Of a stretch of 64,000 bases of DNA, positions 20,156-29,372 are shown in pieces. The translations under genes and the position numbers were made by a program. Source of the stretch: an uncultured Lachnospiraceae bacterium (GTDB taxonomy: Bacteria > Bacillota > Clostridia > Lachnospirales > Lachnospiraceae); contig CAJTXH010000001.1 of assembly GCA_910580005.1 (NCBI GenBank), positions 11,539-75,538 of the forward strand. The letters are read 5' to 3'. The notes under the pieces are model-generated. The model was not told where the DNA came from. It did no database searches and saw only the letters and a list, made by a program, of their open reading frames with translations. The number at the start of each line of letters is the position of its first letter. Position 1 is the first letter of the stretch.

Positions 20156-20902
20156 TTATTTTGTATATATTTCCAAAATTCTTTTTGTGTATTTTCCAGG
20201 AGCATCATAAACAATAACAGGCGGTTCTATTTTGAGCATAGGGTTGCCGTCTTTTACTGCCTCTATAAGTACCATATTTGGTTCTTTGTCTATAAATGGA
20301 TGTACAAGGCATATTTTTTTAGGTTCAAGTTTATATTTGTTTAATGTAGAAAATATTTCTGCAAGGCGGAATGGCCTGTGTACCATATAGAACTTGCCAT
20401 GTTCTTTTAATACAAGCGAACTTTCACGTATAACATCTTCAAGAGTGCAAAGTATTTCATGCCTTGCAATTGCTTTTGGCATATCAGGGTTTTTAAGCCC
20501 ATGGTTGTTATTCATATATGGAGGATTGGATGTAACTGCATCAAATATGCCTTTGCCGTATATTTCTGATGCTTTGCAGATATCACCACATGTTATGTTT
20601 ATTTTATCTGAAAGATTGTTTAGCAAAACACTTCTTTTTGCCATATCTGCACTTTCTGACTGTATTTCCAGTGCATTAAAATGGGCTGCTTCTGTTTTGG
20701 CAGCAAGAAGTATTGGTAGTATTCCAGTTCCTGTTCCAAGGTCTAAAACATTACCGCCTTTGCGGATTTGTGCAAAGGCGGATAATAAAACTGCATCCAT
20801 CCCAAAACAAAACTTTTGAGGATGCTGTATTATTTTATAATTGTTTATTTGTAAATCATCTAACCGTTCGCCAGGATGTATATAAGAGGTTTCAGCGGAC
20901 AT
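20156..20902 (-). CDS. tRNA1(Val) A37 N6-methyltransferase (TrmN6/YfiC/YabB family)
   Basis: FGMDAVLL, LDLGTGTG, NPPY and ARHE motifs; yaaT-yabB-rsmI synteny. Confidence 0.88.
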   Translation of the reverse strand: MSAETSYIHPGERLDDLQINNYKIIQHPQKFCFGMDAVLLSAFAQIRKGGNVLDLGTGTGILPILLAAKTEAAHFNALEIQSESADMAKRSVLLNNLSDKINITCGDICKASEIYGKGIFDAVTSNPPYMNNNHGLKNPDMPKAIARHEILCTLEDVIRESSLVLKEHGKFYMVHRPFRLAEIFSTLNKYKLEPKKICLVHPFIDKEPNMVLIEAVKDGNPMLKIEPPVIVYDAPGKYTKRILEIYTK

Positions 20903-20917
20903 ATTTTATCTCCAGGT

Positions 20918-22096
20918 TTAATTGTTATTGTTATAAGTTTTATTGCTATAATGGTTGTTTTTCTTGTTGTTATAATGGTTTGTATCTTGTGGTGTTTTAT
21001 AAGGTTTGATTTTTCCATAATTTTCTTTATGGTTTGTATTGTAGTTTTTCTTATAGCTTGTACTGTTGTTATGGTTTGCGTGGTTTTGTTTATTATATGG
21101 TTTTTTAGGATATTTTTTGGGCTGCCGCATAGGATGTATGGGCTGTTCATCTTCCTGGACTTGTGCCCCTGTAAGTTCTTCCAAGTCATTCTGTTCCATT
21201 TCTTCAAGTTCTTTAAGGGCATTTTCATCAAGTTCTTCATCTGGAAGCGGAATTGCGATAGTACTTGTATCCGAATTATTATTACGTTTTTCAAATGTAA
21301 GTTCATTTGCATGGTATTCACGCAGTTCCTTTTCATTGTCTTTTGTAATAAGTATTTTTGCTTTTTGTTTTAATACACTTATGCTGTGTACAGTTCCTTC
21401 ATATCCGTCAATAGTTTTTACTGTATCGTTTATATGAGGAAGCGTACTGTTTAAATACTCATAAGCTTCTTCTTCATTTTTCAGGCAGCACATAAGCCTG
21501 CCGCATACACCCGAAATTTTGGCTGGGTTAAGTGACAGGTTCTGTTCTTTAGCCATTTTAATAGATACTGGGGCAAAGTCTGCAAGATATGTGTGGCAGC
21601 ATAATGGCCTGCCGCATATTCCTATACCACCCATAAGTTTTGTTTCATCCCTGACACCAATCTGCCGTAATTCTATACGTGTTCGGAAAATTGCTGCAAG
21701 ATCTTTTACAAGGTCACGAAAATCAATTCTTCCATCTGCTGTAAAGTAAAATAACAGCTTGTTCTTGTCAAATGTATATTCAGAGTCTATTAGTTTCATT
21801 TTAAGGTTATGTTTTTTAATTTTTTCTAAACATATATCAAAGGCTTCCTTTTCTTTTAATATATTTTCTGTGTTTATATTGTCATCCTCTTCAGTAGCAA
21901 GGCGTATTACAGGTTTTAATGGCTGTATTACCTTTTCATTATCAATATTGCGTGGGCTTAGTACAACAGTTCCATATTCAACACCACGTGCAGTTTCAAC
22001 TATAACATGTTTTCCTTTATCTATTGGAAGCCCAGCAGGGTCAAAGTAATATACTTTGCCAGATTTGCGAAATCTGACACCTATTATTAATATCAT
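20918..22096 (-). CDS. ricT: RicT/YaaT (PSP1 domain) with long C-terminal disordered extension
   Basis: GVRFRKSGKVYYF, RIDFRDLV, CGRPLCC and SGVCGRLMCCL motifs; GGAG 6 nt before ATG 22096 (ATG 22108 is also possible). Confidence 0.92.
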   Translation of the reverse strand: MILIIGVRFRKSGKVYYFDPAGLPIDKGKHVIVETARGVEYGTVVLSPRNIDNEKVIQPLKPVIRLATEEDDNINTENILKEKEAFDICLEKIKKHNLKMKLIDSEYTFDKNKLLFYFTADGRIDFRDLVKDLAAIFRTRIELRQIGVRDETKLMGGIGICGRPLCCHTYLADFAPVSIKMAKEQNLSLNPAKISGVCGRLMCCLKNEEEAYEYLNSTLPHINDTVKTIDGYEGTVHSISVLKQKAKILITKDNEKELREYHANELTFEKRNNNSDTSTIAIPLPDEELDENALKELEEMEQNDLEELTGAQVQEDEQPIHPMRQPKKYPKKPYNKQNHANHNNSTSYKKNYNTNHKENYGKIKPYKTPQDTNHYNNKKNNHYSNKTYNNNN

Positions 22097-22114
22097 ATCA
22101 GTCTCCATTATTGT

Positions 22115-23098
22115 TTAGTCTTTTAAAGCCAGAACTAGTAACTCCATAACAATTTCAAAGTTCACATTGGCATCAAGCCTGGTTTTAGCTTTATCAATGG
22201 CTTTTATTATTTTCTCAATATCTTCATATCCATGTGTGCTTGCCTGCTTTGATATTGTTTTATATTCTCCCTGATATAAAAGAAGGTTTGTATCTTTTGT
22301 AACTTTAAACATAAGTACATCCCTGTACCATAAAAGCATTAAGTCAAGATAATCATTTATATTATTTTTAGAGAAGTTCCTGATTACACTGGTAATCTCA
22401 GTTATTTCCATTGTATCTATAGATTTTAACAGTGAAAGTATTTCTTCTTTCATTTCCTGGAAATCTGCTGATGATGCAAAACGGATTGCCTTACCCATAT
22501 TTCCCTGGCAGAAGCCTGCTGCAATCTGGGCACGTTCAGGTTCAAGTTTAAGGTGTGTTGTAAGGTATCCTGCAATTTCATTATTGCTTAGTGGTTTTAA
22601 GTTTAATGTAACACACCTGGACTGGATTGTAGGAAGAAGCCCTGAAATATTGTCAGTAATAAGTATTATTACAGCATATGCAGGGGGTTCTTCGATAGTT
22701 TTAAGCAATGCATTCTGTGCCTGTTCTGTCATTTTATTGGAATCAGGTATAATATATATTTTATAATTACTGCTGTATGGTTTAATAGATATATCATTAT
22801 TGAGCTGTATTCGTATATCATCAACGCTTATGCTTGCTTTTTCATGTGTTATATATTTTATATCAGGATGGTTATGTGATTTTGCCTGCATACATGATTT
22901 ACAGATTTCACATGCGTCCATGTTGTCATTACGGTTTTCACACTGGATTGTCTGTGCAATTGCATCAGATAAAGTTCTTTTTCCAGAACCCTTTTCGCCA
23001 TATATTATATAAGCATGTGATATATTATTCTGTTTGATTGCACTTTGCAAGTGGTTTTTAACCTGTTGTTGTCCTATAATATCTTTAAAATTAGCCAT
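22115..23098 (-). CDS. holB: DNA polymerase III delta' subunit
   Basis: SHAYIIYGEKGSGK, Zn-binding cysteines, HPD, AQNALLKTIEEPP and TIQSRC motifs. Confidence 0.95.
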   Translation of the reverse strand: MANFKDIIGQQQVKNHLQSAIKQNNISHAYIIYGEKGSGKRTLSDAIAQTIQCENRNDNMDACEICKSCMQAKSHNHPDIKYITHEKASISVDDIRIQLNNDISIKPYSSNYKIYIIPDSNKMTEQAQNALLKTIEEPPAYAVIILITDNISGLLPTIQSRCVTLNLKPLSNNEIAGYLTTHLKLEPERAQIAAGFCQGNMGKAIRFASSADFQEMKEEILSLLKSIDTMEITEITSVIRNFSKNNINDYLDLMLLWYRDVLMFKVTKDTNLLLYQGEYKTISKQASTHGYEDIEKIIKAIDKAKTRLDANVNFEIVMELLVLALKD

Positions 23099-23142
23099 AG
23101 TAATCCCCCCTCTGGTCATGCAGGTTTTAAACCTTGTATTTA

Positions 23143-23592
23143 TCAGGTGAAAATATCAAGAAGAAGTCCCCGTATTTCATCAATTTTACTTAATATTGCA
23201 ATATGGTCTTTTTCATCTTTTAAAAGTTCTGCTGCTAACTCGTCTAATGTTTCATTTACTTGTTTTACTATACCATAAACCCTGTGCCTTCCTTTTTTAT
23301 CAAGGAAATTTTCACGGCTGAATTTGTGTGAATGGCCGGCTATTTCATTCATAAATTCTTTAATTAACTTACGGTAAAGTTTCATGTCCCTTACATCCAT
23401 GCGTTTGCCGAGTCTGTATCCCTGTTGTGTTATGTCTTCCATCATAGTAGCAAGGCCGGCTTTTAGTTCGTTTTCTTCTAATGTGTTAAGAAGTGTATAG
23501 CGGAAAGAAGTATCACTTTCAGTTACTTGTGGTTTCTGTCCAGTCTGCTGCAAAAGCTGCATAGGTGTAACTTTTAATTCCAAATCAGGCAT
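23143..23592 (-). CDS. yaaR: YaaR / DUF327 family protein
   Basis: QQGYRL...YRKLIKEFM...IDEIRGLLLDIF; tmk-yaaR-holB synteny; ATG overlaps the tmk end. Confidence 0.85.
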   Translation of the reverse strand: MPDLELKVTPMQLLQQTGQKPQVTESDTSFRYTLLNTLEENELKAGLATMMEDITQQGYRLGKRMDVRDMKLYRKLIKEFMNEIAGHSHKFSRENFLDKKGRHRVYGIVKQVNETLDELAAELLKDEKDHIAILSKIDEIRGLLLDIFT

Positions 23593-24229
23593 CCCCTTTC
23601 CTGGTAAAATATTTTGATACATTTTTCCAGATATCATCAGAAATTTTACCAATGCTTTTTGTGCCATCAATTATAATTATATTTTCTGTATCTTTAAACT
23701 TTTCAAACAGTTCAAAGTACCGGTTCCTTACTTCTGTAAGGCGCTTTTCATTTTCAAATAATTCAGTGCCAGGGCGTCCTTCAGATATGCGTCCAAGTGC
23801 TGTAACAGGGTCTGTATCTATAAATATATGGCAGTCAGGGTGAATTTTCCCGGCTGCCATAGAATTTAAATCCATAACCCAGTTAAATGGTACTCTTACA
23901 CTTTGGTAAGCATATGTAGAAAGGATATATCTGTCTGATATAACAGATATGCCTTCTTGTAGTTTTTTAAGAAGCCCATCATCATTATTTAATATATGGT
24001 CAAGCCTGTCTGCTGCAAACAGTGCAGCCAGAGTTAATTCATCAGTCTGGATACTGCCTGCAAGGCACTGCCTGAGCAGTGAACCAACTGGCCTGCCAGT
24101 TGGTTCTTTAGTTATATGGCATATAAAGTTATTTTCTTCAATACGCCTTTTTAGAAGGTTTATCTGGGTAGTTTTACCACTCCCATCTATTCCTTCAAAA
24201 ACAATGAAGTGTCCTTTTAAATTGTCCAT
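23585..24229 (-). CDS. tmk: Thymidylate kinase
   Basis: FEGIDGSGKTTQ, KEP, LFAADR and SDRY..ST.AYQ motifs. Confidence 0.95.
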   Translation of the reverse strand: MDNLKGHFIVFEGIDGSGKTTQINLLKRRIEENNFICHITKEPTGRPVGSLLRQCLAGSIQTDELTLAALFAADRLDHILNNDDGLLKKLQEGISVISDRYILSTYAYQSVRVPFNWVMDLNSMAAGKIHPDCHIFIDTDPVTALGRISEGRPGTELFENEKRLTEVRNRYFELFEKFKDTENIIIIDGTKSIGKISDDIWKNVSKYFTRKGDA

Positions 24230-24246
24230 CTGGGTTCTCCATAAAA

Positions 24247-26568
24247 TTAATAACCTTCATCATCTACTTCTATTGAAATAGAGAATTCTTCGGTTGTGCC
24301 ATCTTCAAACTCTACTTCAAATGTCCAGTAGTAATTATCATCTGTTACAGGACGTGAGATGCTTTTTACTGCTGCATTGCCGCCAGACTCTGTATAAGTA
24401 CAGCTTACATTAGTAAGGTCTGAAAGAGTCTTAGGGTCTTCTGGATACCTGTCAGGATAATCAGGGTCATCACTATGAATCAGGTCATAGTATTCATCCG
24501 AACCAGCTTTTTCATATTCTCTTGGAGTGAAATATGCCTGGAATTCTTTATTTCCATCTTCAAACTGGTTAATGTCATCATCATTTAAGGATGACTTTGC
24601 TGGATATGGGCTGGATGGTATATGTCTTGTTGCACCGCCAACCTTTACAGTAATATCTGAAAGGATTGAATTAGTATCAAATTCTGCTGAATTAAGGTAA
24701 ATTGGAATTTCCTCAATTGTATTGTCTTCATCATTTAGCTGTACGCTTAATGTCCATTCTGTTCCACCATATGATTCAAGGCTTACAAAATCATAACTAG
24801 AATTTGCCAGAGTAATGGTGAAGTCATTGATAGAAATATTATCAAAGTTTGTACCATAGTCAATATAATCACTATAGTTATCATCATCACCAAATAAACA
24901 TTCTAATCCCATATCACTTACATATCCATAATATGTCTTGTTATTATAATCAAGCCTTATGCTGCTTATAATATTGCTTGCAACCGGGTTTTCAAGGAAA
25001 TCTTCTAAGCTTATATCTGTACCTCCTGGATTACTTGAAGGCCTTGGAGGTCTTGGAGTATTTGATGAACCAGGTGGTGGTGTGCTTGATGTGCCTGGTT
25101 TTGGAGTATTTGATGAACCAGGTACTGGTGTATAACTTGGCTTATAACCAGATTCCCGCACAGTTATATTAAATGAACCTATTTTTTTCCTTGACCTTGT
25201 AGTGGTTTTGGTCTGGGCATTTGTATTAACCATAGTTTCATAAACAGATATTTCTGTAGTTCCAACTTTTTTAGGTGTTATTACAAGGTAATCCTGGTCT
25301 TTGTTCATGCCAGCGGAGCCTACACCACATATATTTGAACTTGCAGATGTATAATCATAGACTGCTTTTAAGTTCCTGCACTCAAATGGATATCTGCCGA
25401 ATGTGTCATTACTGCCAATTGATACTTCATATCCATTATCAGCTAAATCTTTCAGAATATATGCCTGGCTGACTGTTACATCTACAGTATCTTCTAAAAG
25501 CCTGGTTTTACCACCTCTTATTTCTTCAATAGAAACAGATGTAATGCCATAACCTATTGCTTCGAGGTTAGTTGACCTGTTCTTTATTTCTTCAGTTTTA
25601 AGTACAGATGCATCTTTGGGTGTAAGTTTGTATTGTGCACCTGCAACCTTATTCTGGATTACAATTCCAGTGTTGCCAACAGTAATTACTTCACCAAAAC
25701 CTATTAAAATATCTTTATTGATAAATGAAATAAATGTTTCATCTGTCAGGTTTACTTTAAATGAACCTATTGTATGTTTTGTCTTATTAGATAATGTTTC
25801 ATCAACAGTAACCAGGCAGGTCTGGACACCTTTCCCCCTTGATGCTGCTGAAATTCTCGTATTTGAAGTAGTTACAAGGCTTAAGTTGTCTGATGTAAGT
25901 GCATATTTTGAAGTAGAATCCATATCATCAAGCAAATCAGTTATATTAATATTTGAATTATATGCCATTTTTATTTCATCTCTTTTAAGGGATGCACCTG
26001 ATACAGATAAGGCTATTGAACCAACTTTCCTGCTCCGGTTGTTATATACTTCATGTATTGATATTGCAGTCCTGCCTGCTTTTTTAGCTGTTATAACACC
26101 ATCAGACCCACCCTTTGCTACAGCAGATACAGAACTTGTAATGATATATGAAGCATTAGGATTTATTCCATCAAGGTAGACACTTGGATTTAATGTATCC
26201 CCAGTAAGCATATCCATAGCTTTATATTTTGTGTTTAATGAGGATTTATGGATTGTTATTTTAAATGTACCAACTGAATAAAAATCACCCTTATACTTAT
26301 ATCTTATTTTTATTGATGCAGAACCACTGTTAATTCCAGTAATTACACCTTTTGAATTTACTTTTGCAATTTTGGTTTTATTAGAAGTAAATATATAAGT
26401 TGCTTTCTTTAACTTGCCAGTTAATGGTATAGTATATTTCTCATTAATAAAAATAGTGCTTTCACTGGTTTTAAGTTTTGTTTTGGAAGCAGCTTCTGTT
26501 TTAGCTTTATTTCCTGTAAAACCAATGCAAAGTAAAAGCATCAGGCATAGAAAGCCTATTTTCTTCAT
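24247..26568 (-). CDS. Secreted or surface multi-Ig-like protein with Pro/Ser/Thr linker and acidic C-terminal region
   Basis: Signal peptide; repeated Big_2-like units (SNKTKIAKVNSKGVITG, GVITAKKAG); PGSSNTP repeats. Confidence 0.75.
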   Translation of the reverse strand: MKKIGFLCLMLLLCIGFTGNKAKTEAASKTKLKTSESTIFINEKYTIPLTGKLKKATYIFTSNKTKIAKVNSKGVITGINSGSASIKIRYKYKGDFYSVGTFKITIHKSSLNTKYKAMDMLTGDTLNPSVYLDGINPNASYIITSSVSAVAKGGSDGVITAKKAGRTAISIHEVYNNRSRKVGSIALSVSGASLKRDEIKMAYNSNINITDLLDDMDSTSKYALTSDNLSLVTTSNTRISAASRGKGVQTCLVTVDETLSNKTKHTIGSFKVNLTDETFISFINKDILIGFGEVITVGNTGIVIQNKVAGAQYKLTPKDASVLKTEEIKNRSTNLEAIGYGITSVSIEEIRGGKTRLLEDTVDVTVSQAYILKDLADNGYEVSIGSNDTFGRYPFECRNLKAVYDYTSASSNICGVGSAGMNKDQDYLVITPKKVGTTEISVYETMVNTNAQTKTTTRSRKKIGSFNITVRESGYKPSYTPVPGSSNTPKPGTSSTPPPGSSNTPRPPRPSSNPGGTDISLEDFLENPVASNIISSIRLDYNNKTYYGYVSDMGLECLFGDDDNYSDYIDYGTNFDNISINDFTITLANSSYDFVSLESYGGTEWTLSVQLNDEDNTIEEIPIYLNSAEFDTNSILSDITVKVGGATRHIPSSPYPAKSSLNDDDINQFEDGNKEFQAYFTPREYEKAGSDEYYDLIHSDDPDYPDRYPEDPKTLSDLTNVSCTYTESGGNAAVKSISRPVTDDNYYWTFEVEFEDGTTEEFSISIEVDDEGY
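25053..25123. repeat. 23-bp direct repeat encoding the PGSSNTP linker
   Basis: TTGGAGTATTTGATGAACCAGGT at 25053-25075 and 25101-25123 (48-bp period). Confidence 0.9.
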
Positions 26569-26608
26569 TTATACCGTTTCCTCCTTTCTTTAAATATTTT
26601 AATTTGAT

Positions 26609-27775
26609 TTAAAACTTTGATTTAATGACTTTTATAGTGTCATTACTTTTGCTTGCGTCAGAGCATACGGCAAATACAGTATCTTCCAATGTATGGGACT
26701 GGCTATATTCCATAACTGCTGCATTTATAGTAAACTGCTCAGTTTGTCTTTGCTTTATAACGGCTATGTATTTATTAACTGCAAGCATAGCCTGTTCCCC
26801 GGTGGTTTCAACCAGAAGGCATACTATCTGGTCATTGCCAAAGCGTCCTATAATATCGTTAATCCTGGAATTTGAACGTATAATGCTTGCACACTGGCAC
26901 AGGCACTGTATCTCCCTGTCAGGACTGGCGCAGTTTATTTGCAGGGCTACAAAAGATAACGGGTTATGGTATCTTTTATGGCGCTCTACTTCTTTAAAAG
27001 TATCGTCATAAAACCCTTTTTTACTTAGCAGTCCTGTAAGTGGGTCATTACGTGAAACTGCTTTTTCATAAATTGAAACAGGGTCATAATTCTGGCGTCT
27101 CTGCGCAAGGAGTTTGAAATTAAGCGTAGCACGTTTTACTGAACGTACACCAAGACATACCTTCCATGAATTGCCATCAAATACTACATATTTATGTGCT
27201 GTGCTTTTGTCTGTTTTAGATGTCTGTAAGTCTATATCATTTATAATAACCGCAAATTCTGTAACTTTAGGGTATACAGTGTCTTCAATGCGGCATTTGT
27301 TATATACTTTATAAAGCTGTATGCGGTAATCCTGCATTTCATAACATGAACTTATGGCTTCTCTCCATTCTTTAAACTGGGAAAGAGTTACTCTTGTCTG
27401 GTCTTCAAGGGACAGACAGGAATAAGCATTATCCCAGTTTTTAGTAAGCATAGCATGGAAAAACTGGTCTAGTACGTCTTTGGGGGATGCGCTTAATATC
27501 CCACGGTTAGAAAATGACATAGAGGAAACATATGAAGCCCTGTTTGTGTTATTTGAAAGCCATTTTTTATGGTATTCTGTGCGGCTTGTACTATCGCTAA
27601 GTATGCGGTAAGCTTCGTTTATCTCTAACATTCTGTCATCTTCGTTAGTATTGTTGCTTGTATCTGGATGGTATAATGTGCACAATTTGCGGTAAGCAGC
27701 CTTTATTACTTCTGGTGAAGCATCATAGTGCACTTGTAATATATGGTAATAATCTTTAAATATTTGAGACTTTAT
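26609..27775 (-). CDS. J-domain + NTF2-like middle domain + degenerate GGDEF protein
   Basis: In-frame KDYYHILQV...IKAAYRKL...HPD...INEAYRILSD; DPLTGL...RINDIIGRFGNDQI. Start inferred at ATA 27775, 8 nt after GGGAGG; the ORF track starts at GTG 27733, inside the J domain. Confidence 0.8.
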   Translation of the reverse strand: MKSQIFKDYYHILQVHYDASPEVIKAAYRKLCTLYHPDTSNNTNEDDRMLEINEAYRILSDSTSRTEYHKKWLSNNTNRASYVSSMSFSNRGILSASPKDVLDQFFHAMLTKNWDNAYSCLSLEDQTRVTLSQFKEWREAISSCYEMQDYRIQLYKVYNKCRIEDTVYPKVTEFAVIINDIDLQTSKTDKSTAHKYVVFDGNSWKVCLGVRSVKRATLNFKLLAQRRQNYDPVSIYEKAVSRNDPLTGLLSKKGFYDDTFKEVERHKRYHNPLSFVALQINCASPDREIQCLCQCASIIRSNSRINDIIGRFGNDQIVCLLVETTGEQAMLAVNKYIAVIKQRQTEQFTINAAVMEYSQSHTLEDTVFAVCSDASKSNDTIKVIKSKF

Positions 27776-27804
27776 TGTATGTTCCTCCCTTCTTCCATTG
27801 TATT

Positions 27805-27833
27805 TTTATATACATTTATTGTAAAATTTACAA
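27805..27833 (-). promoter_or_regulatory. Candidate sigma-A promoter of the J-GGDEF gene
   Basis: TTGTAA-17bp-TATAAA on the minus strand, overlapped by the palindrome ATTGTAAAATTTACAAT (27818-27834). Confidence 0.4.
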
Positions 27834-27857
27834 TTTTTTACAATACCTGGTAAAAAA

Positions 27858-27890
27858 GGTATGATAACATCCAATTTATGTCATCATACC
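27858..27890 (-). terminator. Probable terminator after murA
   Basis: GGTATGAT / ATCATACC inverted repeat with an adjacent A-tract on + (U-tract on -). Confidence 0.55.
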
Positions 27891-27912
27891 ACAAAAAAGC
27901 ATCATAATTTTG

Positions 27913-29214
27913 TCAGCTTACTTTTAATTTAAATTTTTGTATTGCATGTTCATCATCTACAGGTATTTTCTGCATTGAAGCACCAAGTGCTGTCATCTTT
28001 CTTTCAAAATTTTCATATCCACGTTCAATATAATGGATAGAATCTATAGTAGTATAGCCATCGGCTACAAGGCCTGCAACAACAAGTGCAGCACCTGCCC
28101 TTAAATCAGGCGCTGTCACTGATGCACCAGTAAGGCCATCAACACCTTCAATTATGGCTATATTTCCTTCAACCTTAATAGATGCCCCCATCCGGGACAG
28201 TTCATCAACATATTTAAACCTGTTTTCAAAAAGGCTTTCAGTTACTATACTTGTTCCAGAAGACATTGCAAGCAGTGTTGAAATCTGCGGCTGCATATCT
28301 GTAGGAAATCCTGGGTATGGAAGTGTTTTAATCTGTGTATGGCATAATCTGCTGTTGCATGTTACCCTTACAGCGTCGTCAAATTCTTCAACGGTTGCCC
28401 CTATTTCATTAAGTTTGACAGAGATTGCTTCTAAATGGCGTGGTATAACGTTTTTTATAAGGACATCACCTCTGGTTGCCGCTGCTGCAACCATAAAAGT
28501 ACCTGCTTCAATCTGGTCAGGTATAATAGGATATTCACTTGCATGTAATTTTGTTACACCATTGATACGGATTTTATCAGTACCTGCACCTTTGATATCA
28601 GCACCCATGCTGTTGAGGAAGTTTGCCACATCAACAACATGCGGCTCTTTAGCAGCATTTTCAATAACTGTGCGTCCTTCTGCCATACATGCAGCAAGCA
28701 TAATATTTATTGTAGCACCAACAGTTACAACATCAAAATAAATATGTTTACCAATAAGTTTGTCTGCTGATGCATTTATCATTCCATATTCAATATTTAC
28801 AGTAGCTCCAAGTGCCCTGAATCCTTTAAGATGCTGGTCAATAGGGCGGCTTCCTATATCACATCCTCCTGGAAGGACTACATTTGCCCTATTATACTTG
28901 CCAAGCAAAGCGCCAAGCAGATAATAGGAGCCACGTATTTTACGTATTGCTTCATAATCGATTGTGACATCATTAATGGTGCTTCCGTTAATTTTGACTA
29001 AATGTGGGTTTATGCGTTCAACAACTGCCCCTATCCCGCTGATAGCTTCTAATAATACATTAATATCCCTTACATCTGGCAGATTATCAATTAAAACTGT
29101 TTCATCTGTCATAATAGCTGCTGCAAGTATGCCAAGAGCAGCATTTTTAGCGCCACCGATTGTTACCTCTCCGTGTAAAGGTGTTCCACCTTTAATAATA
29201 TACTGGTTTTCCAT
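27913..29214 (-). CDS. murA: UDP-N-acetylglucosamine 1-carboxyvinyltransferase
   Basis: GAKNA, LPGGCDIGSRPIDQH (catalytic Cys), PGFPTDMQ and DLRAGAA motifs. Confidence 0.96.
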   Translation of the reverse strand: MENQYIIKGGTPLHGEVTIGGAKNAALGILAAAIMTDETVLIDNLPDVRDINVLLEAISGIGAVVERINPHLVKINGSTINDVTIDYEAIRKIRGSYYLLGALLGKYNRANVVLPGGCDIGSRPIDQHLKGFRALGATVNIEYGMINASADKLIGKHIYFDVVTVGATINIMLAACMAEGRTVIENAAKEPHVVDVANFLNSMGADIKGAGTDKIRINGVTKLHASEYPIIPDQIEAGTFMVAAAATRGDVLIKNVIPRHLEAISVKLNEIGATVEEFDDAVRVTCNSRLCHTQIKTLPYPGFPTDMQPQISTLLAMSSGTSIVTESLFENRFKYVDELSRMGASIKVEGNIAIIEGVDGLTGASVTAPDLRAGAALVVAGLVADGYTTIDSIHYIERGYENFERKMTALGASMQKIPVDDEHAIQKFKLKVS

Positions 29215-29342
29215 ATTGTTGCACCTCATAATATATATTCAAACGTAAGTAGTATTCTATAAATAATTTTACAAATTTGTACTGCCACAAATAATATCTT
29301 CTATATGTCTTTATCAATTTACATAGTTTAACGCATAACATT

Positions 29343-29370
29343 ATTATAAACAAATGATTAATTATGTCAA
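29343..29370 (-). promoter_or_regulatory. Sigma-A promoter of murA
   Basis: TTGACA-16bp-TATAAT on the minus strand, about 130 nt upstream of murA. Confidence 0.7.
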
Positions 29371-29372
29371 CT

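Noticed and set aside
20860..21437. Several overlapping ORFs of 120-165 aa in and opposite the ricT tail
   Set aside because: They are by-products of low-complexity, stop-poor sequence and have no SD or recognisable motifs.
25053..25123. 23-bp direct repeats with a 25-bp spacer as a mini-CRISPR
   Set aside because: Only two copies, in-frame 48-bp period encoding a Pro/Ser linker, and no cas genes.
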